Below are positions 49,025 through 58,278 of a stretch of 64,000 nucleotides of DNA, one piece after another. The stretch is from the IMG/VR virus record IMGVR_UViG_3300033463_000011, positions 32,001-96,000 of that record, one strand, 5' to 3'. The notes under the pieces are model-generated. The model made no database searches. It was not told where the DNA came from and saw only the letters and a list, made by a program, of their open reading frames with translations. The stretch is from a virus. Lineage: Duplodnaviria > Caudoviricetes. A program made the translations under genes and the position numbers. Each line of letters opens with the position of its first letter. Within the stretch, counting starts at the first letter, position 1.

Positions 49025-49627
49025 ATGGTTATTATAGCCGCAGAAGCACTTGATTGGGGCAAGTTAGTAGTAGATTTCTTTGTCGCCTTACTTGCATTTT
49101 TCGCATGTACTGGATTCTGGGAATTGCGTAAAACAAAATTTTTAGCAAAACGAGAAGATAAAAAGGAAGAAAAAGATTACGATAGTAAGCTTGAGCATAT
49201 GTCGGAGCAAATGACCGGGATATCAGATCAGGTAACATCTTTATCAGATAAATTCGACTTTATGGCAGAAGATATGCAGGAGTTGAAAAAAGATATCATT
49301 CTTCTGCAGCAAGCTAATGAGGAAACTGTAAAGTATCGAGAATTAAGAGATGCTCAAGATAGAAAATCATTAAAGGCACAAGAAGCCGTAATTGAATCCC
49401 TTAAAGGGTTACTTCGAGATCGTTTACTAGAAGTATACAAGCAATGTATCGCTAAAGGTTATTACACCAAAGAGGAAAGAGAAACATACGGCGAGTTGTT
49501 TACCTGCTATGAAAGCGAGCCGTTTGACGGAAATGGTGTAATGCATCAACTGAGGCCTATTGTTCAAGCACTTCCTTGGACAGCCGAAGATGCAGGCAAA
49601 TTAAACGACACAGATAGCGATGATTGA
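49025..49627 (+). CDS. Membrane protein, holin-like phage family
   Basis: N-terminal TM helix, coiled coil, LRDRL..GY...Y..GNG motif. Confidence 0.5.
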   Translation: MVIIAAEALDWGKLVVDFFVALLAFFACTGFWELRKTKFLAKREDKKEEKDYDSKLEHMSEQMTGISDQVTSLSDKFDFMAEDMQELKKDIILLQQANEETVKYRELRDAQDRKSLKAQEAVIESLKGLLRDRLLEVYKQCIAKGYYTKEERETYGELFTCYESEPFDGNGVMHQLRPIVQALPWTAEDAGKLNDTDSDD

Positions 49628-49670
49628 ATCGTTATGATAAAATAACACTCATTCTTATTGAGAGAGCGAT

Positions 49671-49943
49671 ATGAAAATCTATTCACACAGCAAAATCAGT
49701 CAAAAGACAATAGATTACAAACTCAAATATGTAAACAATGTAATCGCAAAAGTTAGAAGAGGTTCTGCTTCAATGGAAGAGCTTAATCAAGCTTGCGAGA
49801 TGATACATTGGTTATGGAAATGGAAGGTCATAGACAGAGAAGAATCAGGTAAGTTAGCTGATATGATTTCTGACGCTATGGAAGGCAAATATCCCGAAGA
49901 TGATTGGGAAGATGGAAATAATTATTTCAAAGGAGAAGAATAA
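49671..49943 (+). CDS. MKIY-tag hypothetical protein
   Basis: MKIYSHS; motif promoter at 49626. Confidence 0.55.
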   Translation: MKIYSHSKISQKTIDYKLKYVNNVIAKVRRGSASMEELNQACEMIHWLWKWKVIDREESGKLADMISDAMEGKYPEDDWEDGNNYFKGEE

Positions 49944-50165
49944 ATGGAAATTGTAACAATATCCGCAGAATTATGGGGCTATACTGGTTCAGAAGTATTT
50001 TATATCATGTCTGATAAAAGGGATATGAATAAAAATAAGAAAAAGTTAGTAGATACTCTTTATGGCTTAGCATTAGCTCGTAATTATCCTACAACAAAAG
50101 AAGATATTGAAGCTACTGTTGAGTATGATATGGATATTCAGTTAGGTGAAGTTTATAAGCAGTAA
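49944..50165 (+). CDS. Hypothetical protein
   Basis: SD AAGGAG. Confidence 0.5.
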   Translation: MEIVTISAELWGYTGSEVFYIMSDKRDMNKNKKKLVDTLYGLALARNYPTTKEDIEATVEYDMDIQLGEVYKQ

Positions 50166-50183
50166 CTATTTCAAAGGAGATAA

Positions 50184-50633
50184 ATGAAGTTATATGTAAG
50201 GACAGCTGAATCAGAAAAGTCTACTCCCGAAGGAAATGTAGGCATCTGGTGGTATTGCAACGGCAACGTTGTAGGGGAATTCTGTCCTGTGGCTGAAGGG
50301 GTGGAAGATAGAGGCTACATCCAATTCAGTAAGACAAAGAATCATATAACAGAATGGGAAACAACAATCAAAGAGCAGCTTCCTGAAGCTATTGATTTAA
50401 TTTCAAAAGGATATAGGTCAATAGAAAGAGGTCGTGTAGTTTATGATATTCGTTCTCAAGTATATGAAATCATATGTAGTCAAGCAATTGCTGCTGATAA
50501 AGATGCTATAGACCTTATTGCTAAAGAATTTAGTATTTCAGATTTGAGATATGATGTAATACCGAGTTCTCATTATTATGTTCCTACATATACAGGAAAT
50601 CCTGCATTAGATAATTTTGATTTTGGAGATTAA
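50184..50633 (+). CDS. MKLY-tag hypothetical protein
   Basis: MKLYVRTA; GIWWY..H..W..RGRVVYD. Confidence 0.6.
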   Translation: MKLYVRTAESEKSTPEGNVGIWWYCNGNVVGEFCPVAEGVEDRGYIQFSKTKNHITEWETTIKEQLPEAIDLISKGYRSIERGRVVYDIRSQVYEIICSQAIAADKDAIDLIAKEFSISDLRYDVIPSSHYYVPTYTGNPALDNFDFGD

Positions 50634-50658
50634 ATAGATGAAAATAGGAGGAGAATAA

Positions 50659-51012
50659 ATGGATTTATATAATCAATTTATAAAATATTATGAAAGAGCA
50701 TTAGACAGAGGTCAAGACGATAAGACTGCTGCTGTTGAAAATATTTACAACGCTTATGGTCTCGATGAATCTTCTGGAGACATGTATGAGTGCTTTATGT
50801 TACTTCCAGAAGATGCACAGATGGAAGTTATCAATATATTACTTCCTGAATTAGAGCCGGGTGATATTGGATATGCAAAAGAGATGTATAAATATGCATT
50901 AACTTTAGGTAATGAGTTAGGCTATGGAGAGGAACCTAAGTATCCTTACTACGCAGGTATAGTTGATTTCTACGAAGCCCTCAAAGCAGAAGGAATTGAT
51001 TTAGGATTTTAA
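50659..51012 (+). CDS. Hypothetical protein
   Basis: SD AGGAGG. Confidence 0.55.
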   Translation: MDLYNQFIKYYERALDRGQDDKTAAVENIYNAYGLDESSGDMYECFMLLPEDAQMEVINILLPELEPGDIGYAKEMYKYALTLGNELGYGEEPKYPYYAGIVDFYEALKAEGIDLGF

Positions 51013-51030
51013 TTTGAGAGAAGTACATAT

Positions 51031-51075
51031 ATGAAGATTTATATCAAATCTACGTCAGATTTACATGAGAAATAA
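51031..51075 (+). pseudogene. Tag-only mini-ORF MKIYIKSTSDLHEK
   Basis: Translated by hand; matches the family tag with no cargo. Confidence 0.45.
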
Positions 51076-51119
51076 ATAACACAGAGAATAGCAGTTTAAT
51101 TTCTAGGAGGAATACATAA

Positions 51120-51305
51120 ATGCAGATTAAGAAAACAAAAAAGTCAGAAGTAACAGCTTCAAAGAAATCATCCGATAATGATAAAGCATTATCTCATATT
51201 AAAGCTGCAATCGACATTCTTGCTACACGCAATGACGAAGTATCCAAAGACAGTATCGCTAATCTTGGTGTAGTAATGTTCGATTTAATGGGCAGTGAAG
51301 AGTAA
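51120..51305 (+). CDS. Small protein with basic N-terminus and VTAS motif
   Basis: SD AGGAGG. Confidence 0.6.
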   Translation: MQIKKTKKSEVTASKKSSDNDKALSHIKAAIDILATRNDEVSKDSIANLGVVMFDLMGSEE

Positions 51306-51342
51306 TTACAAACAGACAATTCATTTAGGTTTTATAACTATT

Positions 51343-51368
51343 AAGGTAAGAGCAATCCTACCTTTTTT
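51343..51368 (+). terminator. Rho-independent terminator
   Basis: AAGGTAAGA-GCAA-TCCTACCTT plus T-run. Confidence 0.65.
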
Positions 51369-51424
51369 AGTTTAACCTTATATACAATTATCAAATAATT
51401 CAAGAAATAAAGGTACAATTTAAT

Positions 51425-52048
51425 ATGATAGATGAACACGAACTCAATACCTTTGGGGCGGGCAATTCTCAGGATACAATTAGTACCTCAGATGATTTAG
51501 TAAATCCCCTTTTAAGAGAACAACAAGCACAGGCAGCTCAAATGCGAGATGCCCTTTTAACATGTAAGAAAAACGACATAACTTCTGCAAAAGTAGCGTT
51601 ACAAAACATTGCAGTATTACAAGTATACCATCAGGTCGCAAGAATAATAAGATATACAGAAGTAATGGATAGGCTTGAGGATAAGTTATACGCTTCTATA
51701 GATGCAAATCTTGCACAGATGGATGATTTTGATCCAGCTACAATGATGATGCTAACTAAAGTACAAGCCGATTTAATGAAGTCAATGGTTATGTCGCAAG
51801 ATTTACTCAAACCCTATTTAGACATAGATTTAGATGCAATAGCACCTCCTCGAGATGTAAATGAAGAAACATCATTTGGTGCTGCAATATTGCCTAAAGA
51901 ATCTCGAAATGCAATTAGAAACGGCGCACAGGCATTATTGACTGAATTACGCAAGACTGAAACCAAACAACCTGAAGCTGAACCTGCTGAAAACCGTTCA
52001 ACAAGTGAGGAACAAGATGTCAGACCTGATACAGCCGATACGCAGTGA
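51425..52048 (+). CDS. Putative terminase small subunit
   Basis: Helical protein directly upstream of and overlapping terL; positional inference only. Confidence 0.45.
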   Translation: MIDEHELNTFGAGNSQDTISTSDDLVNPLLREQQAQAAQMRDALLTCKKNDITSAKVALQNIAVLQVYHQVARIIRYTEVMDRLEDKLYASIDANLAQMDDFDPATMMMLTKVQADLMKSMVMSQDLLKPYLDIDLDAIAPPRDVNEETSFGAAILPKESRNAIRNGAQALLTELRKTETKQPEAEPAENRSTSEEQDVRPDTADTQ

Positions 52049-52967
52049 TTCTTTAGATTACGAAGATATCATATCTCGTATTAAAGCTATATACAATAGC
52101 TCCAGTCCGGTTGAGCAGAATTATTTCTTAAAAATCCTTGAAGAACTTGGAGATAAAGGTTATTCAGAAACTCTTGAGCAAGTCTACTTAGTAGATTTCA
52201 AAGAGGTTCCTGTAAGTATTGATAGATTTTTATGCGATCCTGAATACTTAGGTGAAACTAACGATTGTGGTAATCAAATATATCCAGGTTGGTGGAAAGT
52301 ATATAGTAGTGTATTCGATGCTCAGAATGATATTTATGAAGTAATCTTATCCGGAGCTACAAGAATCGGTAAAACATCAACAGCAGTTTCAATGATGTGT
52401 TATATGACATATCTATTGATGTGTTATAGAAATCCTCAAAGATATTTCGGATTAAAGGAAGTTTCCAGAGCAACAATTGGATTTGCTAACTTGACCAAAG
52501 AACTTGCAACTTCAGTTGCTTATCGAGAGTATCACGATACACTGATACAATCTCCTTGGTTTATGAAGCATGGTACAAAGAATAGTAGTGCAACTAAACC
52601 AATATTCATTCCCGAAGGAAATCAGATAGAAATCGTAGCCGCATCAGATGCTGCACACTTGCTCGGCATGCAGTTGTGGGCTTGTTTGGTTGGTGATACA
52701 AAGATAACCACCGATAAGGGAATATTCCCTATATCTGAATTAGATGGTAAATCAGTTAATGTATTGCAATACGATTACGATGCGAAGAAATATTGTTATG
52801 CAAATGCTGATGTTGTAAAAACGAAATATGTTAGCGATACTATAAAAATTACTTTAGAAGACGGTACAGTCTTTGAAGGAACACCTGATCATAAAGTAAT
52901 GCTTGCAGATGGTACATATAAGAGATTAGACGAATTGACTGAGAATGATGAGGTATTTTCATTATGA
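52017..52967 (+). CDS. terL: Terminase large subunit N-part fused to split-intein N-fragment
   Basis: Walker A SGATRIGKT; GMQLWA|CLVGDTKITTDKG...GTPDHKVM (blocks A and B); likely start MSDL. Confidence 0.92.
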   Translation: MSDLIQPIRSDSLDYEDIISRIKAIYNSSSPVEQNYFLKILEELGDKGYSETLEQVYLVDFKEVPVSIDRFLCDPEYLGETNDCGNQIYPGWWKVYSSVFDAQNDIYEVILSGATRIGKTSTAVSMMCYMTYLLMCYRNPQRYFGLKEVSRATIGFANLTKELATSVAYREYHDTLIQSPWFMKHGTKNSSATKPIFIPEGNQIEIVAASDAAHLLGMQLWACLVGDTKITTDKGIFPISELDGKSVNVLQYDYDAKKYCYANADVVKTKYVSDTIKITLEDGTVFEGTPDHKVMLADGTYKRLDELTENDEVFSL

Positions 52968-53023
52968 ATGATTATTACAAGGATAGAAAATACTTTGTAT
53001 ATCGACATGTTGCGCCTAATTAA
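52964..53023 (+). pseudogene. 19-codon remnant of a GIY-YIG endonuclease between the split-intein halves
   Basis: MNDYYKDRKYFVYRHVAPN*; ATGA overlap, GAGGT SD. Confidence 0.6.
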
Positions 53024-53038
53024 TTCGGAGGTCTATTA

Positions 53039-54526
53039 ATGAAAGTTGCTAAAATAGAACATATTCATTATGATGACTCAATACCTGTATATGACGTTGT
53101 CAATGCAGGAGACTTACATAATTTTGTAATACACACTGAGGATAGTGATGTTATTGCTCATAACTGTCTCATGGATGAGGTAAACTTCGCACGTGCCGGT
53201 ATAAAAGATATTACTATATCTAAAGGCCAGATGAAGAAAATGTACGATACAGCTAATGCACGTATTACAGGTACATTTAAGCTTGAAGGTAGAATATATG
53301 GTAAAATGTTCACCTGCTCATCTAAGAGTAGTGATAATGATTATCTTTCTGACCACATAGAAAAGCAGATAGATGCAGGCAATACGCATATGTATCTCTT
53401 TGATGAACCTCAGTGGAAAGTATTACCTGCATACAGATTTGGTAAAGAGAAGTTCTATATTACTATCGGTGATAGATATAAGAGAGGTTTCGTTGTCCCT
53501 GATGAAAATTCTGATGAAGAACATTTACAGGAATATAGAAATGAAGGCTATGAGGTCCTGGAAGTTCCTGCGGATTATAAACCTAACTTCAAAGCCGATT
53601 ATGATATCGCTTTAAGAGATATAGCCGGTAGGTCAGTAGTAGGTTCAATGGGTTTCATTACTCAGGAAATGATTACTCCTAATGTAAGCACTACTAGAGT
53701 AAATCCTTTCTTTGAGGATTACTATGAAATCGGCGTAAGAGATAATGATACAATAGAACGTCATTTTCATCTAGAAGTGGTTCCTGCTTACCTCAAGCAA
53801 TTACCTATGTATATTCACATCGACTTCGCTGAAAAGTCAGACCATATTGGCATTTCAGGAGTAGTAACTGATGGTAATAAGACAATATTAGATATTGAAA
53901 CAAATAAGAAGATAATGATGCCATTCTTTAGACAGATGTTCCAAGTAGCTATCGGTGCTCCTAGAGGAGATAAAATGTCATTCCAGAAAGTAATCAACTT
54001 CATACTGTGGTTGAGGCGAAGTGGATTTAATATTGGATTAGTTACTACCGACCAATATCAATCTTCTTATGTAAGAGAGACTTTAGATCAGCAAGGTTTT
54101 GAGACAGATAAGATTTCAGTAGATAGAACAATTGACCCATATATCTCACTTAGAAACTTGCTTCAAGATCAGAGAATCGAATTAGTTAAGTGCGATCTGC
54201 AAGAAATTGAGATGATTAACTTAGAGAGAAATGGAGATAGAATCGACCACAAACCTCAAAGTAATGCAGGAGCAGGTAGCGCTCTACCATGTTTAGCTAA
54301 TGGATACAATAGCAAAGGTATTGGTAAGGACTGTGCAGACGCTCTTTGTGGTGCTTGTTCTACAGCTATCGCCCATCTTGATTTAGTACGGCCTCCTGCA
54401 AAGAATGTTATTAATGCAATAGCATCAGTGAATACAGGAAAGGGTACTGGAATGTTTCCCAATAGATATGGGACAGGAACACGTCAACCACTACCTGGTT
54501 TTGGTAGTCAATATAGAAGATTTTAA
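53039..54526 (+). CDS. terL: Split-intein C-fragment fused to terminase large subunit C-part
   Basis: MKVAKIE..VYDVV..HNFVI..IAHN|CLMDEVNF (Walker B); nuclease HIDFA..D, DQYQS, KDCADA; own GGAGG SD. Confidence 0.92.
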   Translation: MKVAKIEHIHYDDSIPVYDVVNAGDLHNFVIHTEDSDVIAHNCLMDEVNFARAGIKDITISKGQMKKMYDTANARITGTFKLEGRIYGKMFTCSSKSSDNDYLSDHIEKQIDAGNTHMYLFDEPQWKVLPAYRFGKEKFYITIGDRYKRGFVVPDENSDEEHLQEYRNEGYEVLEVPADYKPNFKADYDIALRDIAGRSVVGSMGFITQEMITPNVSTTRVNPFFEDYYEIGVRDNDTIERHFHLEVVPAYLKQLPMYIHIDFAEKSDHIGISGVVTDGNKTILDIETNKKIMMPFFRQMFQVAIGAPRGDKMSFQKVINFILWLRRSGFNIGLVTTDQYQSSYVRETLDQQGFETDKISVDRTIDPYISLRNLLQDQRIELVKCDLQEIEMINLERNGDRIDHKPQSNAGAGSALPCLANGYNSKGIGKDCADALCGACSTAIAHLDLVRPPAKNVINAIASVNTGKGTGMFPNRYGTGTRQPLPGFGSQYRRF

Positions 54527-54544
54527 TTAAAGGAGGAACACAAA

Positions 54545-56107
54545 ATGCTGTTCACAAAAACCGTTTGTAGTGCCGGTTCGTTAGTATATATCGTACCGAC
54601 CGGACTGCTTGTAACACTCCGCTACGATGCCCATGGAATACTTTACAAAGTGTATCAAGGTATCAATGTATTAGAGGAACTTCCTGAAGATTTCCTCAAA
54701 ACAATTGTACGAATGGGGTTAGTTCCTAATTCTATCAAGCTTCACGGAGGTACAACAGATATTTCTGGTGTATTCTATTCTAATACTATTAAATCCAAGG
54801 AAGGTCTTCTTCCTGATTGCGAATTTAATAGACTTGTAGAAGACATCAAATCTGGCACACCTGGATATAGATTCTATGTAGGTAATGTAGAAAGTGGAGC
54901 AATGCAAATAACTCCATCATCCATGCAAGCTTGGACAAAGATGGTAGGATTTGAATCGTTACCTTGTTGGGCAGTTCCAATTAATGCAACTGAAGAAACA
55001 CTTAGATCATATATAACAGATAACACATATATTCCTTTTGAATATCCTTTGCTTTCAGGATTCTTTATATTTGAAGGTCAGAATAAGGCAAAGTATTATG
55101 ATTTGCATTTAAAAACAGCTACAATATCAGAGAAACCCGAAAGATTTACTGATCATGACGGTTATATCAAATACGGTTTAGCTTATGGTAATAATGAGTC
55201 TATCAGCATTGATTATCCCGATGCTGTTAAATTCAATATTCAAAAAGGATCTCAAGTTGTTTTTGATGGAGATAAAATTATCTGGAGCGACACTAAATCT
55301 TTAGAAGATAAGTTACCTACAAGAACTGTATGCACATATTGCAACAAGATTCTTGATGTACCTTCTAATGGCCCAATGACTTGTTCTGATGATTTTTGTA
55401 TCTCTAAGTTATATCCTAGAATCCAGAGATTCTGTAAAATACTTGGTTTAGAAGAATTAACTATAGAAGAATTTGATAAAGCAATTACTAAACAGCAGAT
55501 TCAGATACTTCCTGATCTATTGTTGCTTCCAAAGTATTCTGATATTAAGATTAAGAATCATCTGTCCGAAGTACTTCTTGCAAGCATAAATGGCGATGTA
55601 GGAATGAATAGAGAATGGCTGGTTAAGTTCTGCAATAAATGTAACAATTCTTATAAGACTGTTAAATATTATTTTGAAGGTCCTAGAAGAATTGCAACTG
55701 AATTAGATATGCAATTGCCTCCGAGATTTGGTAATTGGTTAGCAGAACCTCGCAATCTTATTGAGTTAGATACAATAATGAACTCAGAACAAATTGAATT
55801 GCTTGAAGCAAATCGAATTGTTAAGTTTGACGGAATGCCTCTTCTTAGAAATAAGAAACTAATGATAACAGGAACATTTATGCATGGGTCTACCGAAGAT
55901 ATAGTTGCCATATTACAAAGCTACTCTGCAGAGGTTGTAACTCAATTTGATAAAAAGGTTCAATGCGTCATTGTTGGAGACATCAAAGAAAACATTGATG
56001 GGCTTGCTATTCAAGCTGCAAGAGAATTAGATCTTCCAATGTTTACAGAGAGTGAATTCTTTGCAAGATACCAGATAGACGAAGACCTTGAGAAATTCTT
56101 GAAGTAA
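54545..56107 (+). CDS. NAD-dependent DNA ligase-fold protein, probably inactive, with BRCT domain
   Basis: GLLVTLRYD resembles post-motif-I LigA but KxDG reads VPTG; LPTRTVCTYC..C....C Zn finger; ITGTF..VIVGD..ARELDLPMFTESEF BRCT. Confidence 0.7.
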   Translation: MLFTKTVCSAGSLVYIVPTGLLVTLRYDAHGILYKVYQGINVLEELPEDFLKTIVRMGLVPNSIKLHGGTTDISGVFYSNTIKSKEGLLPDCEFNRLVEDIKSGTPGYRFYVGNVESGAMQITPSSMQAWTKMVGFESLPCWAVPINATEETLRSYITDNTYIPFEYPLLSGFFIFEGQNKAKYYDLHLKTATISEKPERFTDHDGYIKYGLAYGNNESISIDYPDAVKFNIQKGSQVVFDGDKIIWSDTKSLEDKLPTRTVCTYCNKILDVPSNGPMTCSDDFCISKLYPRIQRFCKILGLEELTIEEFDKAITKQQIQILPDLLLLPKYSDIKIKNHLSEVLLASINGDVGMNREWLVKFCNKCNNSYKTVKYYFEGPRRIATELDMQLPPRFGNWLAEPRNLIELDTIMNSEQIELLEANRIVKFDGMPLLRNKKLMITGTFMHGSTEDIVAILQSYSAEVVTQFDKKVQCVIVGDIKENIDGLAIQAARELDLPMFTESEFFARYQIDEDLEKFLK

Positions 56108-56143
56108 CCTTGTATGTATTTATAAAGTTGGAGGATTCTCAGA

Positions 56144-57673
56144 ATGCCTAGATGGTTAGATAAATTATTTGGACCCCGAAAGCTTAACCTTCCTTCTCGT
56201 TTGAGAAGTACTGTTTGCGTAGGCGGTACATTTTACAAGATATCCGATCTTCGCGGAGATTCAGATATTGAAGATATTAGGACACAGATAACAGTAATGA
56301 GAGCACTTGCAAGAGACTCTCAAATCAGCACTGCTTTATCTTATTATGCAACAGATGCTACTACGCCAAATACTGCAGGCGACGTTATTTGGGCAACTGC
56401 AATAGATGAAAATCATCAGCAAGTGGCTGATATTATAAATACTTGCTTCAAAAGATGGCGAGTAAACGATTACGCAAGAGACCATATTCTTGAGTTAGCT
56501 ACAATTGGTCAGCTATATATGCCAACAACGGAAATGTATAGAGTACCTGGAGCTCATCAGAATAGAAACCTTGTATCTTTAGACGATAATACACTTCCTA
56601 ACATGGAATATGACATTATTCCGTCATATATGATACCGCCTGAGGATATTATTCACTTGTGGTATCAAGGACAACCTCAAGGTTACCTTTATCAAGAAAC
56701 TGCAAATGCTAATACTTCGTCGTTCTCCGGTGAACAGATAATCAGCTATCCTGAATCTTCTGTAATTCATTTTTCATTAGGCGGATTACTTGGAAACTAT
56801 AGCATTACAGGCACAGATAATCAAGGTAATGCTGTAAGTTATGATATTCAATTTGCAGAACCTATATTATCACAAGCAGTTCAGCCTACACAAACATTAA
56901 GTCTTTTAGAGGACGCTATGTTACTTTCTTCGTTAACTCGTACAGTAAGATTCATCAACGTAGATTGCGGTACAACCACTGAGGAAGATGAAATAAGACA
57001 AAATCTGCAAATAATTAAAGACATGATTGAGCAGCAATTAGCGCTTAATACAGCTACAGGTAATGCAGAAAGTTTTGTAAATCCTCAGAGCCCTAATAAC
57101 TTAATCTATCTTGCTAAAGTAAATGGCCAAGATGCTGTATCTATTACAGACCTTAACATGGGTGAGCCTACAGAAAGTGAGAATAAACTTCTTGATTATT
57201 ATCAAGATAAGAAGTTATCTGTATTGGGCGTTCCTAAAGAAGCAATGAATTTTTCCTCTGCTGAAGGTTTAGGCGGTGCAGGTGCTGTAATGTCACAAAG
57301 ATCTGCATTATATGCTAATCACTTGCTTCGAATTGAAACAGCTTATAAAAATGGTTGGCGAGATGCGCTTAACAAATACTTCGAATCAAGAAATATGAGC
57401 GGATTTAAGGATAAGTATATTCTTAATATGTCTCCTATTATCACAAACATGGATCAAGTACAATTTGAGAAGCGTGATGCGTCTATTCAGCAGGCAGCTT
57501 CACTTATTGATTTGCTTAAGAACTTAGGCGTAGAGGAAAATGATGCTTATAAGAAAGCATTAACTGAAATATTGACACAAGCATTCCCTCAAACCGGTGC
57601 ATCAGTTATGAAATGGGATATCAATGTTGAATCCGGCGGAGAAGAGGGCGAAGGCGGAATGGGAGGATTTTAA
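56144..57673 (+). CDS. Portal protein (T4 gp20-like)
   Basis: DSQISTALSYYA, R.VRFINVDCG, LLDYYQDKKLSVLGVPK; position after terminase. Confidence 0.75.
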   Translation: MPRWLDKLFGPRKLNLPSRLRSTVCVGGTFYKISDLRGDSDIEDIRTQITVMRALARDSQISTALSYYATDATTPNTAGDVIWATAIDENHQQVADIINTCFKRWRVNDYARDHILELATIGQLYMPTTEMYRVPGAHQNRNLVSLDDNTLPNMEYDIIPSYMIPPEDIIHLWYQGQPQGYLYQETANANTSSFSGEQIISYPESSVIHFSLGGLLGNYSITGTDNQGNAVSYDIQFAEPILSQAVQPTQTLSLLEDAMLLSSLTRTVRFINVDCGTTTEEDEIRQNLQIIKDMIEQQLALNTATGNAESFVNPQSPNNLIYLAKVNGQDAVSITDLNMGEPTESENKLLDYYQDKKLSVLGVPKEAMNFSSAEGLGGAGAVMSQRSALYANHLLRIETAYKNGWRDALNKYFESRNMSGFKDKYILNMSPIITNMDQVQFEKRDASIQQAASLIDLLKNLGVEENDAYKKALTEILTQAFPQTGASVMKWDINVESGGEEGEGGMGGF

Positions 57674-57921
57674 ATGAAAGCATACAAATCTTACAAATTT
57701 AGAATCTACCCTGATTTTGATCAAAAAACTAAATTAAATAAAACTTTTGGATGTGTCAGATTTATATATAACAAAATGCTTGAAGATAAGAAGGATTATC
57801 TATGTTAACTATTTAAACTTATATTGAACCGTAGGAACTACGGAGATAGCTCGTTGATACTTAAAACAGTAGTTTTATTGAGCGAGAATCTAATTCTAAT
57901 GTAATTTAGAAAGGAGTTCAC
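57674..57921 (+). mobile_element. Internally deleted tnpB element: 44-aa TnpB N-terminus plus right-end/omegaRNA-like sequence
   Basis: MKAYKSYKFRIYPD..KTFGCVRFIYNKML (57674-57808); ACCGTAGGAACTACGGAGATAGCTCG..CGAGAATC..GGAGTTCAC. Confidence 0.8.
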
Positions 57922-57924
57922 ACC

Positions 57925-58278
57925 GTGAGATCTTCAAAAGAACTAACTGACATATTTTTCAAAAACTTAAAAGATTATAACTCAACTAATTTCAAAACTC
58001 TTGAAAAGGCAGACCTGTCTAAATATAATGCTGTAACTCATAAAGCGTTTAGTTCAGTACTCACTCGTTATTTCATATTCATAGAAAAGAACCCAGAAAT
58101 AACTGATGAAGAAAACAAAGTATTATACTTTAAGCTTAAGTTAGACATGATTGGAACTTATTTTAGTCAGTATCCTGAAAGTGATACCAATTATTTAAGA
58201 GGATTTCAATTAGAGTTGCGAGATTGGATAAAAGAACACAAAGAATATCTAGAAGACACTGAGAGGGCTACTGCATGA
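57925..58278 (+). CDS. Hypothetical protein
   Basis: GTG start; SD AAAGGAG lies within the IS end. Confidence 0.55.
   Translation: MRSSKELTDIFFKNLKDYNSTNFKTLEKADLSKYNAVTHKAFSSVLTRYFIFIEKNPEITDEENKVLYFKLKLDMIGTYFSQYPESDTNYLRGFQLELRDWIKEHKEYLEDTERATA

Noticed and set aside
435-55911. Short antisense or alternate-frame ORFs in the track (e.g. 435-644, 3604-3903, 27569-27856, 43475-43762)
   Set aside because: They shadow well-supported genes and lack SD sites or motifs.
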